A stretch of DNA of 64,000 bases from Elusimicrobia bacterium GWC2_61_19 (GCA_001799795.1 MGUD01000018.1:2647-66646), one strand, 5' to 3'; numbered from the stretch's first letter, positions 33,101 to 43,176 are shown. The notes: generated by a model not told the origin, from the letters alone. Numbers and translations: made by a program.

Positions 33101-35784
33101 TAGATTTCAGCACCTGGCAGAGCCAGGGTGAAACTTCCAACCGCTCCAACCATACCACGGTGCTGACCTCAAGCGGTACCCTGCTGGCCATAGGCGGCTG
33201 GGACGGGGCACAATATCTCGACACCACGGAAACTATCTACTTCAGCGCGTACCCGGACACCGAAGGCTTCGCGCCCAAGGACCTGCGCAACCCGCTGGTT
33301 TCCACGGGCACCACGCTCTTCGACCGCGGCGACAGGCTGACCCTGCTGGGCAACACCTCCAACTTCCACGGTATCAGCGAAGCCTCCGGCGGCGGCTCCG
33401 GCTCCATGAATTCCTCTTTCCACAATCCGCGCATTTACCTGCAGCAGATAGACAACCCCAGCGGCTTCCTGACCGACATGACCACCCGGCTGTACACCAC
33501 CTACGGCGGCCCGAATACGGCCTGGGATAAAACGATCTCATCCATTACCATCATCTCCCCCATAACCCCCGGTGAAATGCCGTACGGCTGGTACCACGCG
33601 CGGATAGCGGCCAACGGCCAGTTCTCCAACGGCGTCCCCGTACAGGTCTCAGCGCCCAGGCCCACCGGCAGCCCCACCGCCCCCGTAGGCGCCGTACTGG
33701 GGACCAGTTCCATAACCTGGTCCTGGACTTCCGGCACCAGTTCCGCCGCGGACGGTTATGCGCTTTATTCCTCCTCCGACAACGTATTCATTACAACCAC
33801 CGCTTTCTCGCCCTCGGCCGCTTTCACGCAGACCAGCCTGCAGCCCAATACCGCCGCCTCCGTGAAGGCAAACACTTACAACACGGGAGGCAGCGGCCAG
33901 CTGGCGCAGTCGTCCACCTATTACACGCTGGCCGCCAAGCCCACGGCGCTGACCGTGATGGACGCCAGTTTCACCACGGCCAAACTGGAGTGGGGCAGCG
34001 CCAATGCCCCCGGAACGCCGTTCGAAGTTTCCATGTGCGCGGGCAGCGATTTCGCCGACCCGGTGCTTATCTCCACGCCCGTGCCGTTCAATCTCATTTA
34101 CACCAGCACCTCCGCCACGGTAGACAGGCTTTTGACCAACACCCGGTATTTTTTCCGCGTGCGGGCCAAGAACGGGGAGGGGGTCCCGACAGATTTCTCC
34201 AACAGGCCCTCCACGCTGACGGTATCGGATGTGGGCACGCTTACCGGCACGCCCACCAGCAGCTCTACCATAAACTGGGCGTGGAACTCCGCCGTAGGCG
34301 CCGACTTCTATGAGATCTTCGACGTCACCGCGGACACCGCCAACCCCGTCTATGTGGGGTCCACCACCTACACCGACTTCACCCAGAGCGGGCTGGGCGC
34401 CAACCGCCCCTATGCGGTATTCGCGCGCGCGGTCAACAACGACCCCTCCCCTGTCTACGGCCCCATGTCGGCCTCCGGCCGGGTCTACACGCTGGCGGGA
34501 GCGCCCTCTCCGGACCCGGCGAATATTTTTACCAACGTCAGCACCGGCAGTTTTACCGCCAACTGGCTGACCAACGACAACTCCACCTGGACAGTTTACG
34601 GGCTGATGATCTCCACCAGCAGCCTCTACCTCAGTTCAGGCACCAGTTCCGCCTCGGTCATCGGCAACAGCCATAATTTCTCCGGCCTGGCCGCCAACTT
34701 CCGTTACTACGTCAAGCTCGCTGCCATAAACGGCGACGGCATCCCCTCGGAAGCCGTCTCGCTGGGCTCTAAATATACCCTGGCGCGCGCCCCCGCGCAG
34801 GTTACGCCGGCTACGGTGGCCATATCGGGAGTGACGATAACCTGGTCCCAGAACAACAATACCCCGGGCACCGTTTACGAACTGCGCGGCACCACCGGCA
34901 GCTTCACCGGGCCCGTTACGACCTACGTGCCTTTCTCCCTCGGCTATACAGGCAATGCCTACACGCTGACCGGCCTGCTTACTTCCACTACCTATTACTT
35001 CGACGTGACGGCCAGGAACGGAGAGAACATCCTTACGTCCAGATCGCAGGCGGTGCCCGCCGCTTTCACCGACGACAAACTTACCAGCGCGCCCGCCGGC
35101 TCCATCGCCGGCACATCGGACCCCGCCCAGACCGTCACCATAACCGGCACGCTGCCCAACAGCCGCACCGTCACCCTTACCGTCCCGGCGGAGTCTTTCC
35201 CCGCCGCCACGGCCATAGCCATCTCGCCGTCCGCCACCAACAACTGCGGTTCCTACCTGATCAACGGCAGGACGGTGGAGGTGGCCGTCTACACGCAGAA
35301 CAACGCCCAGCCGCAGACGCCGGTGACCCTCAGTGTTTCCTACGACGGGTTCATCGTCCCCAGTTCCGATATCTACAGCCTGGTGCTGGCCCGCGACAAC
35401 GGCAACGGAGTTTGCCTGCCCCTTGAGACCAGGATTGACACGGGCCTAAAAACGATAACCGCTACGCTCAACCACTTCAGCGTGTTCCAGCTGATGTTCA
35501 AGGCCGCCGCTACGAACCTCAACGACGTGCTGGTTTACCCGAACCCTTTCAAGCCCAACCGCGGCAACGGTTTTGTCACCATCGCCAATCTCCCGGCCAG
35601 CTCCAAACTCCGCGTCTACACCCTGTCCGGCGCCAAAGTGTGGGAGGGGACGGCGGGCACCACAGGCATAATAATCTGGCGCGGCCTTAACGACGCGGGC
35701 AACCTGGTGGCCAGCGGCGTCTACCTGGCGGTCATCGATTCTAGCGCCGGCAAGAAGGTTCTGAAACTGGCGGTGGAAAGGTAA
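30127..35784 (+). CDS. Giant exported Kelch-repeat / fibronectin-III protein with FlgD-Ig/T9SS-type C-terminal sorting domain
   Basis: Signal peptide. Two blocks of Kelch blades (repeated GHTATLLPDGxVLxAGG) are separated by a ~340-aa non-Kelch insert. About 5-6 Fn3-like repeats follow. C-terminus VYPNPFKPNRG...RVYTLSGAKVWEG...WRGLNDAGNLVASGVYLAVI. Confidence 0.8.
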   Translation: MNFRKVLPISLFALALLAPGAGALATGRHGHTTTLLPDGNILVAGGTTGAANVSLNSVEIYFTSAAAFGAAPNMPASLSSHTATLMGNGMVLVAGGFTNGVPVNSAAIYNPLTKTWTPVTATLASTRGGHTATLLNKGASSGKVLICGGQTASETSITNTCEVFTPNVTPALGNFASVQAMSSERMGHSASAIAGGRVFVSGGRRWDAVASTFTYLSTNEIYDPENYQWQTVTALTTGRTDHSAVVLNNGTILISGGYNGIDKLDTAEEGWYKTPLGSASNQNAGSKGFLDSAEIFDSYGGRVPVSGSDYQVMPYRNSKHAAALSPDGKQHMYGGYGNIPPKFFFAIPTMETGSQLDTTKTNITTARVNTSSILRYLLDINLSRPVDGRLVDADIFISRAVDGPSLSVSNASIYIDGPSTATVDGFTVGLMVPGVAPGEFRDIVQPQNPTGTVSFAPVGVASIDTYATSGSLVFSITPIPVGNPPVPLTAGSVLTIPVTIEVSPTYVGGIISGTMTITGASISDNLGYWLASLTGGTGEFTSGAVTYDAFTGMGVASGNVAFSALTGTIINSTTTAIVSSPLATTASDPVTSVSLRAYYTSTRIDLSDLQYAISISTFVVREMIFSDNLEYSPDKAKWQFGQVLYPVFNLSALVTPGADTAIIGGRNCELIPSAHCKRAALAPVFTASNISGAFISQNHSTWSKSGKLANKRAFHTSTLLPDDGILTCGGSDGTATLATCEMFYPAEQEWRPAGTMNYPRSRHTATLLPNGRVLAAGGAINSSTHAVTYAEIYYPDTDKWLPTNSMAFARTNHTATLLPDGNVLMAGGDTINGYSATSEIYLTTSSVWLTAGALANGGRAQHTATLLKSGNVLIAGGINGNGAIKTTEVYNFATRTWTDTGDDLQVKRYAHAANLLMDGRVMVTGGTDGYGPMDTAEVYDGLSWKLTTQLGGNNMLARRTGHRSTLLPNGKVLITGGEAPGIAYSLVEGYDVDFSTWQSQGETSNRSNHTTVLTSSGTLLAIGGWDGAQYLDTTETIYFSAYPDTEGFAPKDLRNPLVSTGTTLFDRGDRLTLLGNTSNFHGISEASGGGSGSMNSSFHNPRIYLQQIDNPSGFLTDMTTRLYTTYGGPNTAWDKTISSITIISPITPGEMPYGWYHARIAANGQFSNGVPVQVSAPRPTGSPTAPVGAVLGTSSITWSWTSGTSSAADGYALYSSSDNVFITTTAFSPSAAFTQTSLQPNTAASVKANTYNTGGSGQLAQSSTYYTLAAKPTALTVMDASFTTAKLEWGSANAPGTPFEVSMCAGSDFADPVLISTPVPFNLIYTSTSATVDRLLTNTRYFFRVRAKNGEGVPTDFSNRPSTLTVSDVGTLTGTPTSSSTINWAWNSAVGADFYEIFDVTADTANPVYVGSTTYTDFTQSGLGANRPYAVFARAVNNDPSPVYGPMSASGRVYTLAGAPSPDPANIFTNVSTGSFTANWLTNDNSTWTVYGLMISTSSLYLSSGTSSASVIGNSHNFSGLAANFRYYVKLAAINGDGIPSEAVSLGSKYTLARAPAQVTPATVAISGVTITWSQNNNTPGTVYELRGTTGSFTGPVTTYVPFSLGYTGNAYTLTGLLTSTTYYFDVTARNGENILTSRSQAVPAAFTDDKLTSAPAGSIAGTSDPAQTVTITGTLPNSRTVTLTVPAESFPAATAIAISPSATNNCGSYLINGRTVEVAVYTQNNAQPQTPVTLSVSYDGFIVPSSDIYSLVLARDNGNGVCLPLETRIDTGLKTITATLNHFSVFQLMFKAAATNLNDVLVYPNPFKPNRGNGFVTIANLPASSKLRVYTLSGAKVWEGTAGTTGIIIWRGLNDAGNLVASGVYLAVIDSSAGKKVLKLAVER

Positions 35785-35785
35785 T

Positions 35786-36841
35786 ATGAAAAGGTCGAAC
35801 ACCCGGACGGGAATATTAACGGCGCTGGCCGCGGCGGCCTGCCTGGCCGCCTGCGCGGCGCCGTACGCCCGCGCCGGGGAAGACCCCCGCTATTTTTCCG
35901 CCGCCGCCGCCGGCACCACCACGGCCGACTTCCTGAACCTGCCCGTAGGGGCCCGGGCCGCGGCCATGGGCGGCGCCTACACCGCCGTAAGCGACGAAGC
36001 CTCCGCCATCTACTGGAACCCCGCCGGTCTTGTGCAGATCCCCAAGCTGTCGGCCGTGTTCATGCGGGCGCAGTACCTGGAAGAGATCAGCTACCAGTAC
36101 GCCGCCTACGCTCACCGCCTGTCCTACGACTCCGTTATCGCCGGCTCCATCCTGCTTACCGATATCGGCTCCATCAAGCAGACGGATATTTCCGGCAACA
36201 CGGTGGGCAGCTTCGCCCCGCGCGACCAGGTTTTCACGCTTTCCTACAGCAAGGCCATCCTGGAATTTTCCGACAAGGACATAGACGTCTCCATCGGCGT
36301 GAACGCCAAATACATAAAGTCGCGCATCTCCGGCTCCGCCAGCAGCTACGCCGGGGATATCGGCGTCATGACCTATAATTTCTCGGACATTCCCTACCGC
36401 CTGGCCGTCACCGCCAGCAACATAGGCGGCGGCCTGAGGTACGACACCGAATCCAACCCGCTGCCCCTCACGTTCAAACTGGGCGCCGCGGTGAACCCTT
36501 TCCGCAACATGCTCCTGTCCACGGACGTGGTCTTCCCCAAACAGAACAAGCCCAACGTGCTGCTGGGCGCGGAACTCGCCACCACGCCCAACGAGCTGAC
36601 CCGCCTTTGCGTGCGGGCCGGCCTCAACACCCAGCAAATGCGCGACGGCATCAGCGGCCTCTCCATGGGCGTGGGCGCCACGCTGCACTTCTTCTCCCTG
36701 GACTACGCTTTTATCCCCATGGGGGAACTCGGCTCTACGCACCGCATTTCGCTCACCTTCGACTTCCCTTTCCGCAGCCCCGTCTTCCAGCGCAGGGACC
36801 GCACCATCTTCACCAAGATGAAAGGTATTTCGTTCAAATAA
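35786..36841 (+). CDS. PorV/PorQ/UPF0164-type (FadL-like) outer-membrane beta-barrel
   Basis: It starts 2 nt after the Kelch stop. Signal peptide, the hallmark ADFLNLPVGARAAAMGGAYTAVSDEASAIYWNPAGL, and a C-terminal aromatic residue (..ISFK). Confidence 0.65.
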   Translation: MKRSNTRTGILTALAAAACLAACAAPYARAGEDPRYFSAAAAGTTTADFLNLPVGARAAAMGGAYTAVSDEASAIYWNPAGLVQIPKLSAVFMRAQYLEEISYQYAAYAHRLSYDSVIAGSILLTDIGSIKQTDISGNTVGSFAPRDQVFTLSYSKAILEFSDKDIDVSIGVNAKYIKSRISGSASSYAGDIGVMTYNFSDIPYRLAVTASNIGGGLRYDTESNPLPLTFKLGAAVNPFRNMLLSTDVVFPKQNKPNVLLGAELATTPNELTRLCVRAGLNTQQMRDGISGLSMGVGATLHFFSLDYAFIPMGELGSTHRISLTFDFPFRSPVFQRRDRTIFTKMKGISFK

Positions 36842-36865
36842 CGCCTCCCGGCCACAAGGCCTTAC

Positions 36866-36899
36866 GGGGTTCCGGCCGCCGCGGAACCCCGGTTTTTTT
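36866..36899 (+). terminator. Intrinsic terminator after the barrel gene
   Basis: ggggttccg...cggaacccc followed by ggttttttt. Confidence 0.75.
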
Positions 36900-36914
36900 C
36901 GGAGGCCGCGTCGG

Positions 36915-36943
36915 TTGACACCCCCCGGCAAATAATATAGATT
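36915..36943 (+). promoter_or_regulatory. Candidate promoter of the speH-speE-dksA-like operon
   Basis: TTGACA (36915..36920), 17-nt spacer, TAGATT (TATAGA is the alternative with a 15-nt spacer). Confidence 0.4.
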
Positions 36944-37009
36944 GTTAGGCCGCCTGAAGGCCATAGGCCTTGTTGCGGCACAAGCATAGCTTTGACCGGA
37001 AGAACCTAA

Positions 37010-37363
37010 ATGAAAGCCCTTGGCCAACACCTTATACTGGAACTTTACGGCTGCAACGCCGCGGCCCTTTCATCGGTGACAAAAGTGCAGGACGCCATGC
37101 TGAAAGCCGCCCGCGCGGCCGACGCCACCATCATAGACTCGATCTTCCATCATTTCAAGCCCTACGGCGTTTCCGGCGTAGTGGTGATAGCCGAATCCCA
37201 TTTCGCCATCCACACCTGGCCGGAACACCAGTACGCCTCCGTGGACCTCTACACCTGCGGCGAAAGGACCCGCCCCTGGGAAGCTTTTAAAGTGGTAAAG
37301 AAATTATTCAGGTCCACCCATTTCAGCATGATGAAGATGGAACGGGGCCTGCTGCCGAAATGA
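37010..37363 (+). CDS. speH: S-adenosylmethionine decarboxylase proenzyme (small, pyruvoyl type)
   Basis: GQHLILELYGC...VVIAESHFAIHTWPE (Glu-Ser self-cleavage site)...VDLYTCGE. Confidence 0.85.
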   Translation: MKALGQHLILELYGCNAAALSSVTKVQDAMLKAARAADATIIDSIFHHFKPYGVSGVVVIAESHFAIHTWPEHQYASVDLYTCGERTRPWEAFKVVKKLFRSTHFSMMKMERGLLPK

Positions 37364-38331
37364 AAACCTCCAAGTTCAAATGGCTCAAGAATTCCAGGAG
37401 CGTCCTGCCCCGCGGGGAGTGGTTCGTGGAGTTCTTTACGCCCGGGGAGCTGCACGCCCACCGCGCCCTGGAGACGCTCGAGCATTCCTCCACGGCCTTC
37501 CAGGAAGCCACCCTCATAAGGACGCACACTTTCGGCAAGGTGCTGGTGATAGACGGGGAGACCCAGAGCAGCCAGTACGACGAGGCCTTTTACCACGAAT
37601 CCCTGGTCTACCCGGCACTGCTGGCCCACCCCAGGGCGCGCCGGGCGCTGATCCTGGGCGGGGGGGAAGGCGCCACCGCCCGGGACATCCTCAACGACCG
37701 CGGCATCGAGCTTGTCGTAATGGCCGACATCGATTACAACATACTGCGCTTCGCGAAAAAACACCTGGAGTCCTGGCACAAAGGCGCCTTCGACGACCCG
37801 CGCCTGCGCCTGCTCGCCCAGGACGCGAAAAAGATAGTCGAGAACACCGCGACCAAATTCGACCTCATCTACTCGGACCTGCCCAGCCCCATAGAGGGCG
37901 GCCCGGCGTTCGGCCTTTACACGGTGGAATTCTACCGGCGCATGAAGCGCGTCCTGGCGGATGACGGGATCTTCACTATCCAGGCCGGCCCCGGCACACC
38001 GCTGCAGTTCGAACTGCATCCGGCCGTCTTCAACACCCTTAAGAAAGTTTTCAAGTTCGTCGGCAGCTACACCGCTTTCATCCCGTCCTACGACATGCCC
38101 TGGACTTTCCTTTACTGCACGGATGCTCCGGCCCTGGCCCCGCGGCGGCTCAAAGCCGCCGCCCTCGACCGGGCGGCAAGCTATAAGCTCAAACGCCCGC
38201 TCAAGTATTCCGACGGGCTCACCATAACCGGGGCCTTCGTCCTGCCCAAGTACTACCGGGACAGGATCAAGGCCTCGCGCGCCGTTATCACCGAGGCGCG
38301 CCCGATGTTTTTCAGCACTTCCCGACATTGA
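37360..38331 (+). CDS. speE: Spermidine (polyamine aminopropyl) synthase
   Basis: ATGA overlap with speH. VLVIDGETQSS...ALILGGGEGATARDIL...SDLPSP motifs. Confidence 0.85.
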   Translation: MKTSKFKWLKNSRSVLPRGEWFVEFFTPGELHAHRALETLEHSSTAFQEATLIRTHTFGKVLVIDGETQSSQYDEAFYHESLVYPALLAHPRARRALILGGGEGATARDILNDRGIELVVMADIDYNILRFAKKHLESWHKGAFDDPRLRLLAQDAKKIVENTATKFDLIYSDLPSPIEGGPAFGLYTVEFYRRMKRVLADDGIFTIQAGPGTPLQFELHPAVFNTLKKVFKFVGSYTAFIPSYDMPWTFLYCTDAPALAPRRLKAAALDRAASYKLKRPLKYSDGLTITGAFVLPKYYRDRIKASRAVITEARPMFFSTSRH

Positions 38332-38348
38332 CATTAACGGAGCCGATC

Positions 38349-38840
38349 ATGAAAAAAACAAAAAAGACAGCGAAGAAGAGCCCCTCCAGGGCCGCGGTAA
38401 AGACCAAGCCCCGCGCCGCCGCGGCGCTGAAACTCAAAAAAAAGCCCGCCGCCGCGCCGGCGAAAAAGACGTCGCCCGCCAAAGAGGCGCTTACCAAGGC
38501 TGAGCTGGCGGAGATAGCCGCGCATCTCTCCGAGATGAAAATAGATATCGCCAAGAACGTCGAGGACAAGAAGAACCTGGACCTGCTGGAACCGGAGGTC
38601 GGGGACTCGATAGACCAGGCCACGCAGAGCCTGGACAAAGAGATCCTCTTCGAGCTCTCGGACAACGAACGCAAGATCCTGCGCGACATAGAAGCCGCGC
38701 TGCGCAAGATGGAGAAGGGCACCTACGGCCTCTGCGAGCACTGCAAGAACGTGATAGAGAAGAAGCGCATAAAAGCGCTGCCTTCCGCGCGCTACTGCAT
38801 GGTCTGCCAGAGCGGTTCCGAACGCAACAGGGGGGAATAA
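38349..38840 (+). CDS. DksA/TraR C4 zinc-finger protein with Lys/Ala/Pro-rich N-terminal tail
   Basis: ATG 38349 (in frame with listed ORF 38328). Tail KKTKKTAKKSPSRAAVKTKPRAAAALKLKKKPAAAPAKK. Coiled coil, then CEHCKNVIEKKRIKALPSARYCMVCQ. Confidence 0.75.
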   Translation: MKKTKKTAKKSPSRAAVKTKPRAAAALKLKKKPAAAPAKKTSPAKEALTKAELAEIAAHLSEMKIDIAKNVEDKKNLDLLEPEVGDSIDQATQSLDKEILFELSDNERKILRDIEAALRKMEKGTYGLCEHCKNVIEKKRIKALPSARYCMVCQSGSERNRGE

Positions 38841-38864
38841 CCCCGCAGCCGGCTTTCCCGGCGT

Positions 38865-38897
38865 AAAAAAAGCCCCGCGTCCAACGCGGGGCTTTTT
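38865..38897. terminator. Bidirectional intrinsic terminator
   Basis: aaaaaaa-gccccgcg-tccaa-cgcggggc-ttttt, lying between convergent genes. Confidence 0.8.
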
Positions 38898-38918
38898 CCG
38901 TCCTCCGGCGGCGCCCGG

Positions 38919-39797
38919 TCAGCGCCGCTGCGGGGGCGCCGACGCCACCTGGACTTCCGTCTTGCGCCAGTTCCTGGCCTTGGCGGTGATGTAATACTTG
39001 CTGCCGTTGGAAGCTATCGCCAGCGTCCCCGGCTCGAGGGTCTTGAAAAGTTCCGCGCGCACGGCGTTGACGTTGCCGGTCATCTCGGCCAGGGTCTTCA
39101 TGTCGTTGGTGTAATGCCCCTCCTGCCGCATGTAAATTTCCTCGAGCTTAGCCAGCTTGGAAATAGTGCGGTGCGCCGCTATGATCTGGCCTTTTTCGGC
39201 GGGGGAGATCCTGAGGACGGTCTGGTTCAGCCAGGACCCGATGAGTATCGCCATCAGGCCCCAGGAGAAGGCCAGTACCAGCCCGTTGGCCAGGTCCCCG
39301 CGTTCGCGCACGCTTACCACGCGGCTGCCGGCCAGATAGTCGTGCAGCGCCCTTTTCTCCGGGGTGACCAGGGCGGCGAAATAGCCCAGGTTCAGCGTGC
39401 CGGAACTAACAAAATAGGACAGCGCCCTGACGAAAGCCCGGCCCACGGAGAGGTCGCCCCCGTCCTTGGCCCGCACCCGGATGTTCAGCAGCAGCTTGCC
39501 CACCGTGGCCCGGCCGCCGCTCGACAGGACCGTTTCATAAATTATGTACGCGCCTATCCAGAGCAGCTTCCACTTCCATTCGTTGGCGGGGGTATAGGAA
39601 ATAACGCCGGCCTTGACCAGGGCGTTAAGGGAGAGGTAGGTGCCGGCCACGAACGGAAAAGCGTCTATAGCATAAGCCAGGAACCGCTCGTTAAAGCCGG
39701 CCGGGACGGGCCCTTCCGGGCTGAATTCGGCTGGGGTGCCGTCCTCCCCGAGCATGGGCGCCGCCTGGGGCTCGATATTAAAATCTTCGTTTTCCAT
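38919..39797 (-). CDS. RDD-family membrane protein with C-terminal extracytoplasmic domain
   Basis: RFLAYAIDAFPF...GRATVGKLLLNIRV...ALHDYLAGSRVV (RDD pattern), followed by a TM helix and a ~100-aa tail. Confidence 0.7.
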   Translation of the reverse strand: MENEDFNIEPQAAPMLGEDGTPAEFSPEGPVPAGFNERFLAYAIDAFPFVAGTYLSLNALVKAGVISYTPANEWKWKLLWIGAYIIYETVLSSGGRATVGKLLLNIRVRAKDGGDLSVGRAFVRALSYFVSSGTLNLGYFAALVTPEKRALHDYLAGSRVVSVRERGDLANGLVLAFSWGLMAILIGSWLNQTVLRISPAEKGQIIAAHRTISKLAKLEEIYMRQEGHYTNDMKTLAEMTGNVNAVRAELFKTLEPGTLAIASNGSKYYITAKARNWRKTEVQVASAPPQRR

Positions 39798-39861
39798 ATA
39801 TGCCTGCCTGTCCCGGAAATATAGTGACTACATGATAATTATATAAACATTAACCGGTCAT

Positions 39862-39890
39862 TTGAATACCCCCTCCAAATTGAATAAAAT
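39862..39890 (+). promoter_or_regulatory. Candidate promoter upstream of the GATase-HEAT-Bat gene string
   Basis: TTGAAT (39862..39867), 17-nt spacer, TAAAAT (39885..39890). ATG 39900 is 9 nt downstream with no SD. Confidence 0.5.
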
Positions 39891-39899
39891 ATAGGCCTG

Positions 39900-40607
39900 A
39901 TGTGCAGGATAACAGCGGTTATTTCGGCCAGGCCGGTTTCGGGCCGGGACCTTCTTTGCGAGGGCCCCAAGTCCTTGCCGGCCCGGGCCGGCGCCGCCGC
40001 GGCTGCGCGCGTTACCCTGACCCATCCGCGCGAGGCCTCCGATCCGGCCGGCCTGCCGAAGACGCGGCTGATAAGCCGCGCCAATACCCGGCCTTTCTCG
40101 GCCTACGGCCTGACCTTCGCCCATAACGGCACGCTTTTTATAAAGGACGAGATCCGGTCCCTGCTGGGCAAGTACGCCGCCAGAGTCAAAGGCGCCGACG
40201 ATTCCGAAGTGCTGTTCTGGCAGGTGGTGAAGATGCTGGACGCCTACGGTTCCATGGGCACGGCGCTTGAAATGGCGCTCGACGAGATCCGCACGGTGTG
40301 GATCTCGACCAGGGACAAATATCCCGGGCGCGCCGCCCCTTACCGCGGACTGAACATGTTCCTGGCCTCTAAAGATTCCCTGGCGGTGCTTTGCCACTCG
40401 CCGTCCAAAAAGCGCGCGCCGGCCCTGCTGCCCCCGGGCTGGGAATTCGGGCGCGTGGCCTGGCGCCGGGAAAAGGACCGCCTGGTCTTTTCGAGCGAAC
40501 CCGCCGACGTACGGCCCGGCTGGAAGAAGATGAACGACCCGGAACTGGCCTGCGCGACGGCGCGCGGCGGCAAATTGGAACTCTCCTTCAGGAGGCTCTG
40601 CTTATGA
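39900..40607 (+). CDS. Class II (Ntn) glutamine amidotransferase-like protein
   Basis: N-terminal Met-Cys (MCRITAVIS), AHNGTLF, and a YafJ-like size. Confidence 0.65.
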   Translation: MCRITAVISARPVSGRDLLCEGPKSLPARAGAAAAARVTLTHPREASDPAGLPKTRLISRANTRPFSAYGLTFAHNGTLFIKDEIRSLLGKYAARVKGADDSEVLFWQVVKMLDAYGSMGTALEMALDEIRTVWISTRDKYPGRAAPYRGLNMFLASKDSLAVLCHSPSKKRAPALLPPGWEFGRVAWRREKDRLVFSSEPADVRPGWKKMNDPELACATARGGKLELSFRRLCL

Positions 40608-41227
40608 AATGGTTTTTAATGCTTTTGATCTTCATCTCCGGTATCTACTACCTGGTGAACCAGCACAAGCGCGAGACCGCCCGCAAGGAAATGGTCCAGC
40701 TGGCTAAAAAGGACCAGCTCAAGACCCTGGAAGAACCGCCCCTGCCGGTCAAGACCGAAAGAGTCTACATGATGAAATTCTCGCTGCAGACCATCAAGAC
40801 CCTGCGCTCCCTCACCGAAGACTCCAACGAGAAGGTCCGCTTCGCCTCCGCGGAGCTGCTCTGGCAGCTGCAGGACGAGAGCGCCCCGGCGGTCATCAAG
40901 AACATGTTCGAGAACGAAACCGAGCCGGTGGTCAAGAGAAGCCTGATAGAAATGCTCGGCAAGGATAAGAGCAAGCTCAGCCTGGCCCTGCTCACGGAAG
41001 CCCTGAAGGACTACGACAGGGAGACCCGCCTGCGCGCGGTGGAGGCCATCGGCAATTTTTCCAACAAAGAAGGCATCCTGGCCCTCAATAAAGCGCTGCA
41101 GGACTACGACGAAGAAGTGCGCCTGAAGGCGCTGGAAGCGGTCAACCGCATCCGCCGCGACATAGAGGCCCACAAAGAGCAGCAGCTGCGCGAGATAGAG
41201 AGCAAACCGCTCTTCCGCATAGAATAA
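40604..41227 (+). CDS. Membrane-anchored HEAT-repeat protein
   Basis: ATG 40604 with an ATGA overlap. N-terminal TM (WFLMLLIFISGIYYLV). Repeated D..VR..A..AL / E..P.V segments. Confidence 0.65.
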   Translation: MKWFLMLLIFISGIYYLVNQHKRETARKEMVQLAKKDQLKTLEEPPLPVKTERVYMMKFSLQTIKTLRSLTEDSNEKVRFASAELLWQLQDESAPAVIKNMFENETEPVVKRSLIEMLGKDKSKLSLALLTEALKDYDRETRLRAVEAIGNFSNKEGILALNKALQDYDEEVRLKALEAVNRIRRDIEAHKEQQLREIESKPLFRIE

Positions 41228-41262
41228 AACCGCGATCACCCACCAAGACGAAGGAGCGACAC

Positions 41263-42252
<990 letters not shown>

Positions 42253-42288
42253 AGCAAGTCCGAGAGTCCGAAGGCCGAGACTGCCGTT

Positions 42289-43176
42289 ATGAACACAGCC
42301 GAGATCCTCAAGAAGGTCCGCCAGATAGAGATCAAGACCGGGCGCCTGGTCAGCGAGACCTTCTCGGGCCAGTACCAGAGCGTGTTCAAGGGCCGCGGCA
42401 TTGAATTCTCCGAAGTGCGGGAATACGTGCCCGGCGACGACATCCGTTCCATAGACTGGAACGTCACGGCCCGCGCCTCCAAACCCTTCGTCAAGCGCTA
42501 CATCGAGGAGCGGGAACTCACGCTGATGATCCTTTGCGACGTGTCCGCTTCGCAGAGCTTCGGCTCCGGCGAGAAGCCGAAAAGCGAAGCGGCGGCTGAA
42601 CTGGCCGCCATGTTCGCCTTTTCCGCCCTGAAGAACAGCGACAAGACCGGCCTGCTGCTGTTCACCGACAAGCCCGAACTCTACATCCCGCCCAGAAAGG
42701 GTAAGAACCACAGCCTCCGCATCATCCGCGAACTCCTCGCCTACACGCCCAAAAGCCGCGGCACCGACGTGGCCATGGCCCTGAGGACCGCCAACCGCGT
42801 AATGAAGCGCCGCGGCATCATCATCCTTATCTCGGACTTCAACTCCCCGGACTACGCCAGGGAGGCCCGCCTGACCGCGCGGCGTCACGACCTTATCCCC
42901 GTGATCATAACCGACCGCTTCGAGCGGAGCCTGCCCGAAGCGCGGGCGCTGCTGGTCTCGGAACCGCTGGAGGGGGGCCCCGTCTTCACGGCCGACCTCT
43001 CGAGCCAGACCGTCAGGCGGGACTACGAAGCCGCCGCGGAGTTCAGGCGCTCGGCGCTGGAAAGCCTCCTGCGCTCGGCCGGCGCCGACTGGATAGACGT
43101 CGACCCCGCCCTGCCCGTCTACGGCCCGGTGGTGAAATTTTTCCGCCAGCGCAGGAGGAACTTCCGCCTGCTATGA
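42289..43176 (+). CDS. DUF58 (VWA-like) protein, MoxR partner
   Basis: FKGRGIEFSEVREYVPGDDIRSIDWNVTAR hallmark. Confidence 0.85.
   Translation: MNTAEILKKVRQIEIKTGRLVSETFSGQYQSVFKGRGIEFSEVREYVPGDDIRSIDWNVTARASKPFVKRYIEERELTLMILCDVSASQSFGSGEKPKSEAAAELAAMFAFSALKNSDKTGLLLFTDKPELYIPPRKGKNHSLRIIRELLAYTPKSRGTDVAMALRTANRVMKRRGIIILISDFNSPDYAREARLTARRHDLIPVIITDRFERSLPEARALLVSEPLEGGPVFTADLSSQTVRRDYEAAAEFRRSALESLLRSAGADWIDVDPALPVYGPVVKFFRQRRRNFRLL

Noticed and set aside
30127-36841. Calling a complete type IX secretion system
   Set aside because: Only a CTD-type cargo and a PorV-like barrel are present. No PorK/L/M/N, SprA or PorU-like genes are in the window.
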